From positions 15,686,001 through 15,750,000 of the forward strand of contig CM074522.1 of the NCBI GenBank assembly GCA_037379345.1: 64,000 nucleotides of DNA, given 5' to 3'. This DNA is from Perna viridis. Its lineage: Eukaryota. A program made the translations under genes and the position numbers. The notes beneath the pieces are model-generated. The model was given only the letters and a program-made list of their open reading frames with translations, was not told the DNA's origin and searched no databases. Of the stretch, positions 13,901 to 26,255 are shown one piece after another (positions within the stretch are counted from its first letter, which is position 1; every line of letters starts with the position of its first letter).

Positions 13901-14064
13901 CAGTCATAGGGCTAGTCGTTCTAAGTTACCATCCTCAGGGTCACAGGTCAAATCTGGAAGGTCAAGGTCACAAGGGTCTGTAGGCAGTGAGAACACAGAA
14001 ACAACTGAGGGTGGAAACCACCCTCATGGTATTAGAATCACCAATCTACCTGCAAGATCTAGTG
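13901..14064 (+). CDS. SPEN: SPEN exon C, start of RRM2 (GIRITNLPARSS)
   Basis: Acceptor ttttgcag, donor G|gtatgt; frame of ORF 13848..14084. Confidence 0.92.
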
Positions 14065-14745
14065 GTATGTGTAAATTTTCTTGACCTTTGGTCATATCTA
14101 GATTTCAGACATGATTTTCTTCATATTTGAAATTTTCGATTTTACCCTTATGTTTCCCTTTTACTGTACATTTATTTCCAATTTCGTGTATTTCTGCTTT
14201 TTTGTGTTTGCTTCGTATAATAATGTCTGAAAATCAGTGTCCAAAGAAATATTTGAAAAAATAATAAATAAGTCTTGTAACAGTCCTTTAAAATTTTTAA
14301 AATGTTATTTTATAAATTTTTATTCATTCCAAACTGATGTGACAGACATTTTAAGAAGTCAGATTTTGTAAGAAGTGATGATTTTGATAAGATATCAAGA
14401 CCTTGGCTAAAATTTTTTTTGTTTTCATTGGAAGAATAGAAGAAGCCTTGACAAAATTTCTAATTTGATATTTAGTGTATCAACACATCAATATATCTTA
14501 ATATATGTACTCTGAAGCTACAATTATAAGCTTTTCAGAATTGAGATAAGGAGATTACTAAATGGAGGATTTATCATTAGACTTTGAAAGGATTGTATTG
14601 ATAATGAGATAATTTGAAATTAATCTGAAAAAAAAAAATCAATACAGATTTAATAGTGTTTACATGTACTATGAAACATGGTGATAAATAAAAAGGGTCA
14701 AGTTTTTATTCAATACAATTGTATTGTAAATATTAATGCTGGATA

Positions 14746-14961
14746 TTAGGCAAAAAAAATTATAATTTTGTTTCCTGCTCCAGCTAGAAAAAAATGGGTA
14801 TTTAGGTGGGGAAATTATATCAAAAACATTTTACATTGAGTTTATGGGGAAATAATCTAGACATTAACAGTGCTTGAGCCAAAATGGTCATCATATGTTT
14901 ATGGCACATAAAACCAGGGTAGGTAGAGTAGCAGGAAACAGGCATATTATTTTTTGGCCTT
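14746..14961. mobile_element. MITE (tAGGC-A-rich...T-rich-GGCCTT family)
   Basis: Imperfect TIR including tgtttcctgct/agcaggaaaca; a copy with related ends lies at about 28734-29061. Confidence 0.55.
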
Positions 14962-17826
14962 GTAATATTGGTTCATTTAAATGTTTTCTGTGCCTGTTAT
15001 GTATAATAGTCATTTAAAAGTGAGTTAAAAATAAAAGTTTTGGCATTTGATAAATTTTTAGGTATAATTCAGTGTGGTTCTTGACAAATTTGAAAAGAAG
15101 AACTTTCGGTCTATTTTGACTTGCAATTTTTAAATTTTTCACCCTAGGTAAAGTTATTACTGACATAATTTTTCCTTTTGATACTGACATTGATTACCAG
15201 TAAATCCATAGAAACCTTAGTGAAAAAACAATGGCTATAAATATTCAGTGTTAAGTATTCAATTTAAGTGGAAACTTTTGTAAAGATATAAGTTTCAGGT
15301 GTCCTCAACTTTAAGACATGTATTTTTATTCTCACAATTGAAAGAGTCATCAACAAGGTCTGGGATAAATGATGTTTTTTTTCTGATTTCAGACAGGTAT
15401 AATTATTAACTCCCAGTTCCCTTGAAAGGCATTTCTTAAAGCCAAACACAAACTTGAGCACAAATGTATTCATCTTGCTGATTAAATTCTTCATAGCCTG
15501 GTCAGAATTATTTCATTTCCTGTAATATATGTTCATGAAATTGAATGTTTTTAAAATTCCTATAAAGAGACCTAGATAATTACTTTGATGGCAAGTTATA
15601 GAATTTGTTCCACACCAACAATTTGTGTGATTTATTTAGAAGGTTTCCTCCATTAAGGTTAGAATCTTTGATATTATGCTAACTGCTGGTACATACAATA
15701 TATGTTAAAACAAGACTGATTTCAAGGCTGATATAGGGGGATTTGAAATGTAAAAATTCTCTATCTTCTTAGGTTGTATTAAGAGGCGCAGAAAGGGATA
15801 TTTTGTTAACAGAGATAGGAAGCTTAATTTTAATGTTAATGACTTATTTAGAACCCCACTTTGCCCCTCAATTAACATACTATTAGGGATATTGGACTCT
15901 GGTTGATCAAGTTCGATAGATATGTATTCATTTTGATGTAAACATTTAAGGAATAATCTCAATCATGTGGTGCTATGCAGATTATTTTAAAGTGTGCACC
16001 ATGGGCATTGAGGTTATTTCAAATGACCAAAAAAATGTAATAGTCATTAATTTAAGTTACAAAATTCAACGAGTAAATCATTGAAAAAGAATAACAGTAA
16101 TAACTGGTCAGTTAGTATAATGAGATGATCGAAATTTTTTATCCAATCAGTAGCTATGATACTTCTGAAATTAAATTATAAGAAAATAACAAAATGTGCC
16201 ATGATGTACAACCCAACTCCTTTAGAAGTTGTAATTCCATTGTGGTGGGTAACTAATGGTATTAAAGGAGGAGGGTTGTAAATATGAAAGCTGCTGATGT
16301 TCAATTACTTGAACATGAAATGTATTAAATGCTAGAAATATCTCAATATACATGTAGAACATTAAGATTTGAGAAAGAAAAGTTAATTACTCATCATACA
16401 CAAAGTTGAAAGGCTCAAATATGGTTAATTTTGTTTTATCATGAAAAAAAAAAACAACCTAATTGCTGAATATTATTTTGGGATTCTATAAGAATTTTGT
16501 TGAAATAATTCCCACCTTTTATCTGATTTGTGTATGGTAATCAGATATCTTGAGGTATCTTTTTTTAACCAGTTGTATTTTATTCAAACTTAGAAACATT
16601 GCCAAATGACTTTATAATGAGTTTTTTAGGCTCCCATGGTAAGACTTTTATCAACAACACAGGCAGGAGATATCATCATCTCTCTAGGCTTAATGTGAAA
16701 AAAATATCTGCCAACAAAATTGTTTCTATGCAGTTTATTATTTGCCCTTTCTAATTTTTAAGTGTAAGTGTTTGTAAGAATTAGGCAAAATGGGGGAAAT
16801 CAGAAACATGCATGTCAAAACCCCACCAATCTGACCGTATACTTTCACTAGAGGATGCTTTCTCACTTTGAAAAGACCATTATTTGATCTATGCATCACT
16901 GAATTTGATCAGAAAATTTTCTATAGTATGTTAGAAAAATGAGGTTCTTGACAGAGTTAACTGTTCTTGAAATGTTCATTTTCAGTGCATTTCATTGAAC
17001 TCAATGCACCAGCATGATATGGAAAAATCTTCTGTTTTTTCCTTGATTCTGATGGTGCAAATAGTCAAATCAAACTTTCAAAATTGTAGGTTTTTCCATG
17101 TCATGTTTCACCCACTGCCTGATTCTTACAGAGACTGACACTCAATTTGAAACGTACATGAAAATATCAAGGGAAATATTCATGCTGCATTCTCATAGTC
17201 ATGGTCTCAGTAAGATACTAATTGCATCTTTATTTAAAGAATCCAGCCTTGCATGTCCAGTGAATAGTTCAAAATTCATCACCTCACATGAATTTTGCTG
17301 TTTGTATTTTTGAGTCACAGGAAATCAGAAGTGGAATTTGTGCATTTTGATTAAATCTGATATGTTGCATTGTCCTTAGATTTTGGCTAGCAATCTTTGG
17401 AATTAGATACTTACTGCATACTCATTTTGAAATTTCACCAACAAGCGAATGATACTAAATATAGCCTCTCAGTAAGATGCCTTATTTATCCTAATTTTGT
17501 TGTTAAAGCCATCCAAAAATCAGTTTTTGAGTTTCAGGAAATAGAAATTGGAATTTGTGCATTTGAGATTATTGAAGTAATCAGGTTGCCCTTACATTTA
17601 GCCATGAATGAGGCAAAACCATACTTAGTATTAAGTCGTCAATCATTATGTAAGAAAAATAATTATTAGATGTATTGTAACTAAAACAGACTTGTTTGTA
17701 CAAGTACATAATTGTTATAAGTATTTCCTTAACTATGTATTGTTCTAATTACATGTACATTGCTTTGTTTTACTTGTGTGACTTTAATGTGTACATGTAT
17801 CAAAATGGCTTCATTGATTTTTACAG

Positions 17827-17938
17827 ATACAAGTTTGCGGGATGGGCTTTTTCATGAGTACAAGAAATATGGTAAAGTAAATGCAGTCCAAGTGTCTGGC
17901 AATGGGGATGGTAGATTTGCCATTGTTAGTTTCAAAAA
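17827..17938 (+). CDS. SPEN: SPEN exon D, RRM2 (DTSLRDGLFHEYKKYGKVNAVQVSGNGDGRFAIVSFK)
   Basis: Acceptor ttttacag, donor AA|gtaagt; recognisable SPEN RRM2 sequence. Confidence 0.95.
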
Positions 17939-17958
17939 GTAAGTACACATATATTGGT

Positions 17959-18010
17959 TTCACCAAATGCAGCATGATACAATGGCCTCCAGTTGAACTC
18001 TGTCCACTTG
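17959..18010 (+). repeat. Left arm of a perfect 52-bp dispersed inverted repeat
   Basis: Exact reverse complement of 24926-24977. Confidence 0.95.
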
Positions 18011-19116
18011 GTTAAATAGAACAAGAATAGGTATGATGCATATACTGTACAATGCCATGTGAACGAAATAATTTAAGCCCAAGGCCACTCATAGGTTTTC
18101 AGTGAAAAACAAAGAAACTTATACCTCAGGGCAGACTGCAGCTGGCCACTAAACATCATTATACACAGGTACAGTGAAAAAAGTTGCCCCTATATACTCA
18201 AGTAACATAAAAATAAACTAAAGGAGAAAAGAAAAAAGACATACAGAGGCCAGGAATTCCTGACTTGGGACATCTGCAAAAATGTGGAGGGGTTAAAGCA
18301 TTTTGGCGTGGTCGCAACTCTCCACCTTTAAAATCTGCCCACTGTACAAAGTATGTGTATCCTGGTGTAATGTATTTGAGGCAGGCAAGTATTGGAAAGC
18401 TAATTGCAAGAGAGATTTTCTGAATTTAAAAAACTGACGGACAAAAGGAAATAGTGAGAAATTTGGCTTCAGTTTACTGGGACTCACACGGGTTGCCAGA
18501 AAGTGTAAGACTTGCAGTCCTATTCTTTAATTTAGTAATCTGTCATTGAGATGTACTTGGGATAGAAAAATCTCACCATTGAAATATTCATATTTAAAAT
18601 TGGTATTCTAGACTCCAAGTTGCATATACTATTGTGTATTGGCTTTATTCTTTATGCATGGATACATTTTAAAAATTACATGTATGTAACACCTGTTACA
18701 TATAACTAGTGATTTGCACTTTATGATTACTAATATTGATCGAACCAGAAAACATATTTGTAATATTTTTATAAAGTGTGTTATCTTAAAGATGAGAAAA
18801 AAAACATTTAATAAAAAACCAAGAACACGCAGTTTCAAAACTTAAAATTCCCTACAAGAAGAATCAAAGTGTATTTGGATTTTCACAAGCTCATTGTGAG
18901 TCAACAGGTTAATGCCTACATCTGGCCTCATATGAAGTAGGGAAGTCTTTCGCTGTTTTAACCAGTCAGACAAGAATGGTTTGACTGATAGTTTAGTAAC
19001 TTAGTAAACTGATGTATCATTTGTGTAAGTAGATGGTCATTCGCTTTACTGTGAATTAGATGTGTACCTCATTGTGTACCACGATCTTGAAATTCTTGAT
19101 TATTTTCATATATCAG

Positions 19117-19205
19117 GTCTGAAGATGCTCGTAAAGCCCTCGCTGCCTCCCAGGAAAAGCGGTTTTTTGGAACCAACATTCGAGTAGTGGAACATGAAGG
19201 GATTG
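19117..19205 (+). CDS. SPEN: SPEN exon E, end of RRM2 (SEDARKALAASQEKRFFGTNIRVVEHEGI)
   Basis: Acceptor tatcag, donor G|gtaggt; 89 nt, phases 2 and 1 fit both neighbours. Confidence 0.93.
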
Positions 19206-19247
19206 GTAGGTATCAATGTGTTAGTTCTCAAAGACACATATCGTTAG

Positions 19248-19719
19248 TCATCCTCCCAAGTCAGGGTTTTGAGTCCACCCTCAAAACCTCTGACATTACT
19301 CATTCATATTTAGCGGGTATCGTCTGGCGCCATCTAGTGTTACTTAAATTTAACCCAGATCCAAAATTCAATCAAATCACTCGTAATAGAAACTCTTTGA
19401 TGTAACTTACAAAATGGCTACACATAACGTCATTTTTTTTTAAAGAGAAGACTCTAAACAGAATCTAGTTACCATTTTTGCTCATATTGCATTTGTGACA
19501 TCATACAACTTTCAGTTACTATATTGGATCGTCCATTACCTCGTATTATTGTTTACCTTTCCACAGACAATTTTATGTTAAATCGATTTTTAATGGTGCT
19601 TGGCACCCGGAGAAGCAACCAATTTGAATTGGCAGGACAATACCCACTAAATATTAATGAGTGATGTCAGGGGTTTTAGGGAGCGAGGGTGGACTCAAAA
19701 CCCTGACTTTGGAGGATGA
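19248..19719. mobile_element. MITE with long (about 90 bp) terminal inverted repeats
   Basis: tcatcctcccaagtcagggttttgagtccaccctc pairs with gagggtggactcaaaaccctgactttggaggatga, and pairing continues inward; flanks tcgttag/ttgttag resemble a target-site duplication. Confidence 0.85.
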
Positions 19720-21057
19720 TTGTTAGTCTGTGTCTGTCTTGTCAGATTTAAGAGTTAGAAGCTTTGTTCTTATAGCATTGTCTTTGTTGTGTATTAAATC
19801 TGCTTTAATCTGGTAATTTGTCAAATTTTTACAATCTTTTAAAGACTTGCAATTGAGATCATGTATTCACCACATTCTTGGATTCACCTTCAGTTCAGTA
19901 ATCTCTGTCTTTAATTTCACCTTTCACATACATTGTACTCTGGTGTCATTACCAGTCTTCCTTTTCAAGCCTAATCTTTTCATTTTGATGTTAGAATTTT
20001 ATCAATTAGAAATCTTCATAGTACTTGATGTCTATAGAATCACTTAAGAAAATTCATTAAAGAGCCTTTTCATTTCATAGACAATACTGATTCAGTGCTT
20101 TGACAAAGACTATTGAAACTTTATATGAATATTCCCATTCTGTGTAAAAATCTTGCTCCTTTGAAGGTGCACCTCTAATGATTAAATTCAGATAAAGATT
20201 GTCAGCTGAATGGCTGACTTGAATAGGAGCTATATTCAATGAATCTCTCAATCGATGATGGTAGATTCTACAGAATTCTATATAATTGTATTCTATGCAT
20301 TTCTGGCAGCTCTTAGGAGAAAAAAATGTTGATTAATTTGAGCTTGATGTGTGACTAACGAGAGATATAATCTAGCATAGAGAGATATAGATGAATTATG
20401 TATAAACTTTGTTTATGGAAATAAGGCATAGGTCAAATTCAAGGTAGTGGGCATTACATTGAATTCATTGCATTTAGCCTTGTAATTAATTCAAATGAAC
20501 ATAGAATTAGAATTGAATTATTTAACAGATGCAATGCTGGAAAAAAGGGCTGGGTTTGGTCATGATCTGTATGAGGAAGGATTCTATATTTAGAATATGA
20601 CATTAGGGAAAATCCTTATTGAACTTTGACTCATTGGTCATTTAGGTAGAAAGCTGGACATTCAGAATTGAATGTTTTGAACAGATATTAAATAATACTA
20701 ATAAATAATATGTCTAAAAAGTTTAGTTGACATAACTTAGCAAATACTGATATAAACTGTGCAAAAGATCAGTATATTGTATATGGTTTTACATTAAAGG
20801 AACTAATAATGCCAAAAAACTTTTTTGAAATGCCTTCCCAGTCTCTATTACTCCCAAAGAAACAAATCACTTAATTCTTGCTAGTTAACAATGTGTACCT
20901 TTGATCATATTTGAAAAAAATAAGGCTTAAATAGTTTAAAAACCTTCTGATAACCACTTCTTTTTGAAAGTTTTTAGAATGCCAGGTTCATGGTTATCTC
21001 TTAAGCATGAAACTTTAAAAAAATGCTGTATGTTGTACCGCATATTCTTGTTTTCAG

Positions 21058-21206
21058 ATGTAGATGATGCTGAATTCCGTCCTCCAGAGGCTGAGCTTGA
21101 TGAACATCACCCTAAAGCAACGAGAACTCTGTTTGTTGGTAACTTAGAGAAAGAAATTACCATGGAAGAATTAAAGGTCATGTTCTCAAAGTTCGGTGAA
21201 ATCTTG
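21058..21206 (+). CDS. SPEN: SPEN exon F, RRM3 first half (EFRPPEAELDEHHPKATRTLFVGNLEK...FGEIL)
   Basis: Acceptor ttttcag, donor TTG|gtaagt; RNP2 motif LFVGNL. Confidence 0.95.
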
Positions 21207-22711
21207 GTAAGTATATTGAAAAATTGAATGCCACAAGTCTGAGCTAATACTTTAATTGTCTGTCTGTATGTCTACATTTTCTATTAATAGCCCTTATTGT
21301 GGTAAGTCGATGAGCATGTTCAGTATGCACTTCCACAAGGTAGGGCTTGTGTAGAATAAAAAGAATTTTCTAAGAAGAAGTATTGACTATCCCACTGTTA
21401 GCACAAAAGGGACTATTATATCTCTTACTACCTGGTGTTACATTCTGAAATGACTAAAGTATTACAATGGGAAAGAAAGGCCCTAAAAAAATATTCTTAA
21501 ACTTGTATAGAAAATAATATCAGTAGCTATTCAGTAATGATTTCATGACTGTAATTCCAGTCTGGAAAGCCTGGGTCACTTCTTTAACTTTTTTCTTCAT
21601 GCCTGTCCAATACTGGTAGGGGGCTTCTTCGTGAAATTCATCACTCAAAAAGTATTTTAACATATCAGTCAAATATTGTTCTAGAAATTAAACTCATATT
21701 TGTTAATTAAGAATCATTAAATACATATGTTTTTATTTTAAATCGTCTAATCTCCATCAATTTTTTTTTAAGTCCTCTAATCTCACATTAGTAGATTTTC
21801 TATACTTCCTTCTATACATAACAGTTTTAAGATATTTGAATACTTAAGATTGTGGGTGGTCAAATCTGTTAGTAAAAATTGTATCTTGATCAAATTTGCC
21901 TTTAAGGATGATATTTGTATAGATTATAGGATTATGATTTATATGCTTGTCATTTTACATATTTTTATAAGGATCTGGCAGTGATATGGTACTAAAAGTG
22001 TACATACATGTTATAGCTGATCATGACGTCATTAGATACATGTAAATGTACTGTTAAGTTTTGAACTAGCTTGTACATGTAGTAAACAAGGAAGAGAGAT
22101 GCCTTTTTTGGGAGTATAAAATTTCAATTTGAGCGTCTTATTTTTTTTTCAAAAAAAGCTACAATTTAAACAAATAAAAAAAGTTACAAGTTATAGATAT
22201 GTACATTGAAAAGTGAACCAAAATCTTGAATATGGTAAAATGTGGTTTAGAATTAATTTTGGTTGGTTACTGACTTATAATGTGCAAAAAATAAAGGTTT
22301 AGTAGACATGAAGTAAAAGCATGACTCTATTTTAATGCTCACACAAAGGGTTAGAATATCATTTGGTCAAAATTGAAGGAAGAAATTTCTACACAGACTC
22401 ATATGTCTACTATCAAGCAGTAATGTGTTCACGATTTGAATTAGATAGTCTGTCATATGTGAAGTAATTCCTACATGGGCTTGAATGTCAAAAAGTCATT
22501 TGTCGTGACAATACCACTTTATCTTGTTTGTTTTCTGACATGGTAAAATTCTAGTCCTTATTTATTTATGGTCTATTTCCACACTATTATACTGTCATGT
22601 CTAGAATTTCTGCTTCATTAAATGTATTGGTATGAATAGTGTAAAATTACACATCAGGTGTACATGGAATATCTTACGTATCAGTTTAGTGTTGAATCGT
22701 GTAAAAATAAA

Positions 22712-23250
22712 ATTTATATGTAGGTTTTTGGGTAATCTGAGAGCAGGTCTTGGTAGGGAGATTTATATGTAGGTTTTTGGGTAGTTTGAGAGCAGGTCTT
22801 GGTAGGGAGATTTATATGTAGGTTTATAGGTGGTCGGAGAGCAGGTCTTGGTAGGGAGATGTATATGTAGGTTTTTGGGTGGTCGAAGAGCAGGTCTTGG
22901 TAAGGAGATTTAAATGTAGGTTTTTAGGTAGTCTGAGAGCAGGTCTTGGTAGGGAGATGTATATGTAGGTTTTTGGGTAGTCAGAGAGCAGGTCTTGGTA
23001 GGGAGATTTATGTGTAGGTTTTTGGGTAGTCAAAGAGCAGGTCTTGGTAGGGAGATGTATATGTAGGTTTTTGGGTAGTCGGAGAGCAGGTCTTGGTAGG
23101 GAGATTTATGTGTAGGTTTTTGGGTAGTCAAAGAGCAGGTCTTGGTAGGGAGATGTATATGTAGGTTTTTGGGTAGTCGGAGAGCAGGTCTTGGTAGAGA
23201 GATTTATATGTAGGTTTTTAGGTAGTCAGAGAGCAGGTCTTGGTAGGGAG
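22712..23250. repeat. Intronic minisatellite, 49-bp unit x11
   Basis: Unit atttatatgtaggtttttgggtagtcngagagcaggtcttggtagggag; 539 bp = 11 x 49. Confidence 0.95.
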
Positions 23251-23544
23251 ATTCATTGATTAGTTGTTGATTTCTACTTGAATAAAATGAACTCATGATG
23301 TTCTGAAAAAAAAAAAAAAAAAATTGTGGTTGTAATGATTCACAAGTTTCCCATATTACCTGTGTAAGTACACCAACCCCTGCAAAAAAAAATCATGCAT
23401 CATAAGATCTAAGACTTCCAACTGCCAGAGCCCCCACTTTTGAATATATCATTGTTTAAGATGTCAGAGCTTCGTGATTTCCATTCATTAAGAAATTAAG
23501 AACCTTTTTTAAATACTTGGTACATGAATTTTTTGTCTTTACAG

Positions 23545-23670
23545 GACATAGATGTAAAAAGACAAGGTGCTATATCAGCCTACAGTTTTATCCAGTTCAC
23601 TGATATCCGTAGCGTTGTCAAAGCTCTGCGAGCTCTCGATGGTGAAACTATGGGTGGAATGAAACTGAAG
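23545..23670 (+). CDS. SPEN: SPEN exon G, RRM3 second half (DIDVKRQGAISAYSFIQFTDIRSVVKAL...KLK)
   Basis: Acceptor ctttacag, donor AAG|gtatgt; RNP1-like AYSFIQF; 126 nt, phase 0-0. Confidence 0.95.
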
Positions 23671-24925
23671 GTATGTAGACCCACCCCAAATAAAACATGT
23701 AAGACTCCTATATTAACTGTGGGTATATTTAGTACCTTTAAATAGGCTGTCAATGACAAAAGATGGTAGGTATAAATATTGTAGTTTTTCTAATTTGCTT
23801 GTTTATGCTCTTAATTTTTGACACTTTGAAATTTTCAACAGTATGAATTAATTATGATGTAGTCAGTAAGTTCTTTTTTCTGCTATGGTTCAGCAAGGAC
23901 ATTGTGCTAAAGACTCGTAATATTTCCATCTATATTAGGAATCTTATGAATTATGCACTCTCTGTCTTTTTATGGTCTCCAATAATCAGGTTCTCGTCTG
24001 GGATATAAGTCAAGTCTTCTTACTTGTCGCTCATGTATGTTTAGTTCATGTTTAATTTGATGGTAAGGGCATCTCATTGTCTGGTATGAAAAAAGAACAT
24101 TTGATATTATTATCTTTATCGTTACACCAAAGCAGATATGTTAGTAAGGGAATATGTTTATATGCCAGTGACTTTTAAGCAGGAAAGCTTTCATAGAAAT
24201 TCTGCAAGAGGTCTCTCTCTTGCTCACTATATGTAGTAGGTTTTGCATTAGTTTGCAGATTCTTTGTAGGTTCTATAAAAAATGAACAAAAACCAATGTA
24301 CAGAAATAGCCATTACACAAAATAACAGCTGTTTAGAACAGTTCTCTTTTCATGCTCTCACAAGGCTATAACTCGTGTCTTAAAATAACTTTGGATCAAT
24401 GCTGTACTGACATTTCTTATATCTTATACAGTGTTTTGTAGGTTCAAGGAACTAGACTAGACAATTTCTTTATAAAGGTGAAATTATCAGTCGATGTAGT
24501 TTTCTACTTAAAAATTGCTATTTACTACATTTATACCACACCAAATACTAAAATACATGTACTTTTATATAGGTTAAAATATCTGTTTGATACAGGAATG
24601 AATGAATTATTTATTTTTATTTGACTGAATAAATTTCAGGTCCAATTTTGAATTTTTCCATAGGATTCCTTATGGAAATCCTTACATGTACCTGCATTTT
24701 TCAATCATTATTGGAATATTTCTCACTGTTTTTGAATAACATAAGGTTAAAGGGACTATAACGGTCTTTTTTTTCGGGAGTTTTTTTTTTTTTTTTAAAC
24801 TTTTTTACTTCATTTGAATATCTAAATAGTATGCAATGCTGTATCCAAACCAGTTGTTGTGTCCACAATGAACTGTATGTCCCTATGTTGAAGTGTGTAA
24901 AAACTAATATTTTGTCCACACGTCT

Positions 24926-24977
24926 CAAGTGGACAGAGTTCAACTGGAGGCCATTGTATCATGCTGCATTTGGTGAA
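24926..24977 (-). repeat. Right arm of a perfect 52-bp dispersed inverted repeat
   Basis: Exact reverse complement of 17959-18010. Confidence 0.95.
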
Positions 24978-26027
24978 GTAATGTATTAATATCTACCTAC
25001 TGTAAAGTGTGGTGTCATAAATATTTTTACATTACATCTTATTTATAATGTATCATTTTAAAATTGTACAATTAAAGCATGGTGGTTTAGGATTGATGTT
25101 TGTTTAGAGTGTGAAAGTCAGGAAGGATTTAATTATGATATTTAATAAGACGGACATAAAAATGCATTGTATGTTTAATTCAGGATGTCAAAACAATTCT
25201 GATTGATCAGGGGTCAAAAGTGTATTTACTTCCTGTTCGTAAACTGTTTGTTGGAAACATTTCAAGTTCGATGTGGTAATCGACTGACATAGGGAAAGTT
25301 TGTGTATGGGAATGTAATTAGCGAGCTATGCAATTGTTATTTAAGTAATGATTATTGATTTGTAGATCTGAATAAGAATCCGTCATAAGATTTCAAATTC
25401 TGTGGTATACTTAATCATTTAGAATTCAATATTATACACTACCGACAGGATTTTATTTGGTTGTGGGTTTCTGTTTTTGTGCTTTATTTAGAACTAGTGA
25501 GATTTTATAAACAATGACAGGAATTCATTTCTCCGAAGTTTTAAAAGCATATAAAGAAGTGTATGCTGATATATAGCGAAATAGACAAGGTTTAAATCAA
25601 TACCAGTGTTTTGAGGTTTGGATGTTGTTATGCAATTTTTAACCTACTGCAAATTAATGAAAGAGAATTTATTTTTCATGAAATGAAGTTATACCATTTA
25701 GAATAAGATTTGGGTTGAATTAAGTGGAGAAATATAAAAATGTACTATGTCAAATATTAATGTTTAATTATCATAGGTGGCTGTTTAGGGTGTACAGCTG
25801 ATGATAGACTTGTATTTTACAGTTTTTCTACGCTAATGACGTATGTTATTGTCATGGTGTGAATTGTAGAATCAATAAACTGACAGTTGTGAAGATGTGA
25901 TACATGTAGCTGGACTAAACCATTTCTAATCGACAGAAAAGTATTTCGTATCATGTGTACTGACGAAGTTAGTGTGTAGAGAACAACTTGGTGGTTTATT
26001 TTCGAACAGTTGTTTTGTTCTTTTCAG

Positions 26028-26255
26028 CTTGGATTTGGGAAGAGCATGCCAACCAACTGTGTCTGGGTGGACAATTTAGCCGATAGTGTTCAGGAAAATT
26101 TTCTTTTCCGACAATTCGCTAGATATGGCCCCTTGACCAACATGGTTATAGACCGGGAAAGAGGGAAAGCTCTTGTCTTCTACAGTAGTCTGGAGAATGC
26201 TCAGTTTGCCCTTGGTGAAATGAGGAATCGCATCTTAAATGGACAGAAAATACAG
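26028..26255 (+). CDS. SPEN: SPEN exon H, RRM4 (LGFGKSMPTNCVWVDNL...KIQ)
   Basis: Acceptor ttttcag, donor CAG|gtagtg; 228 nt, phase 0-0. Confidence 0.95.

Noticed and set aside
22824-23033. Minus-strand 69-aa ORF
   Set aside because: Translation of the 49-bp minisatellite.
18011-24925. Inversion between the 52-bp inverted repeats
   Set aside because: Exons E, F and G between the arms are in the same orientation and order as the rest of the gene.
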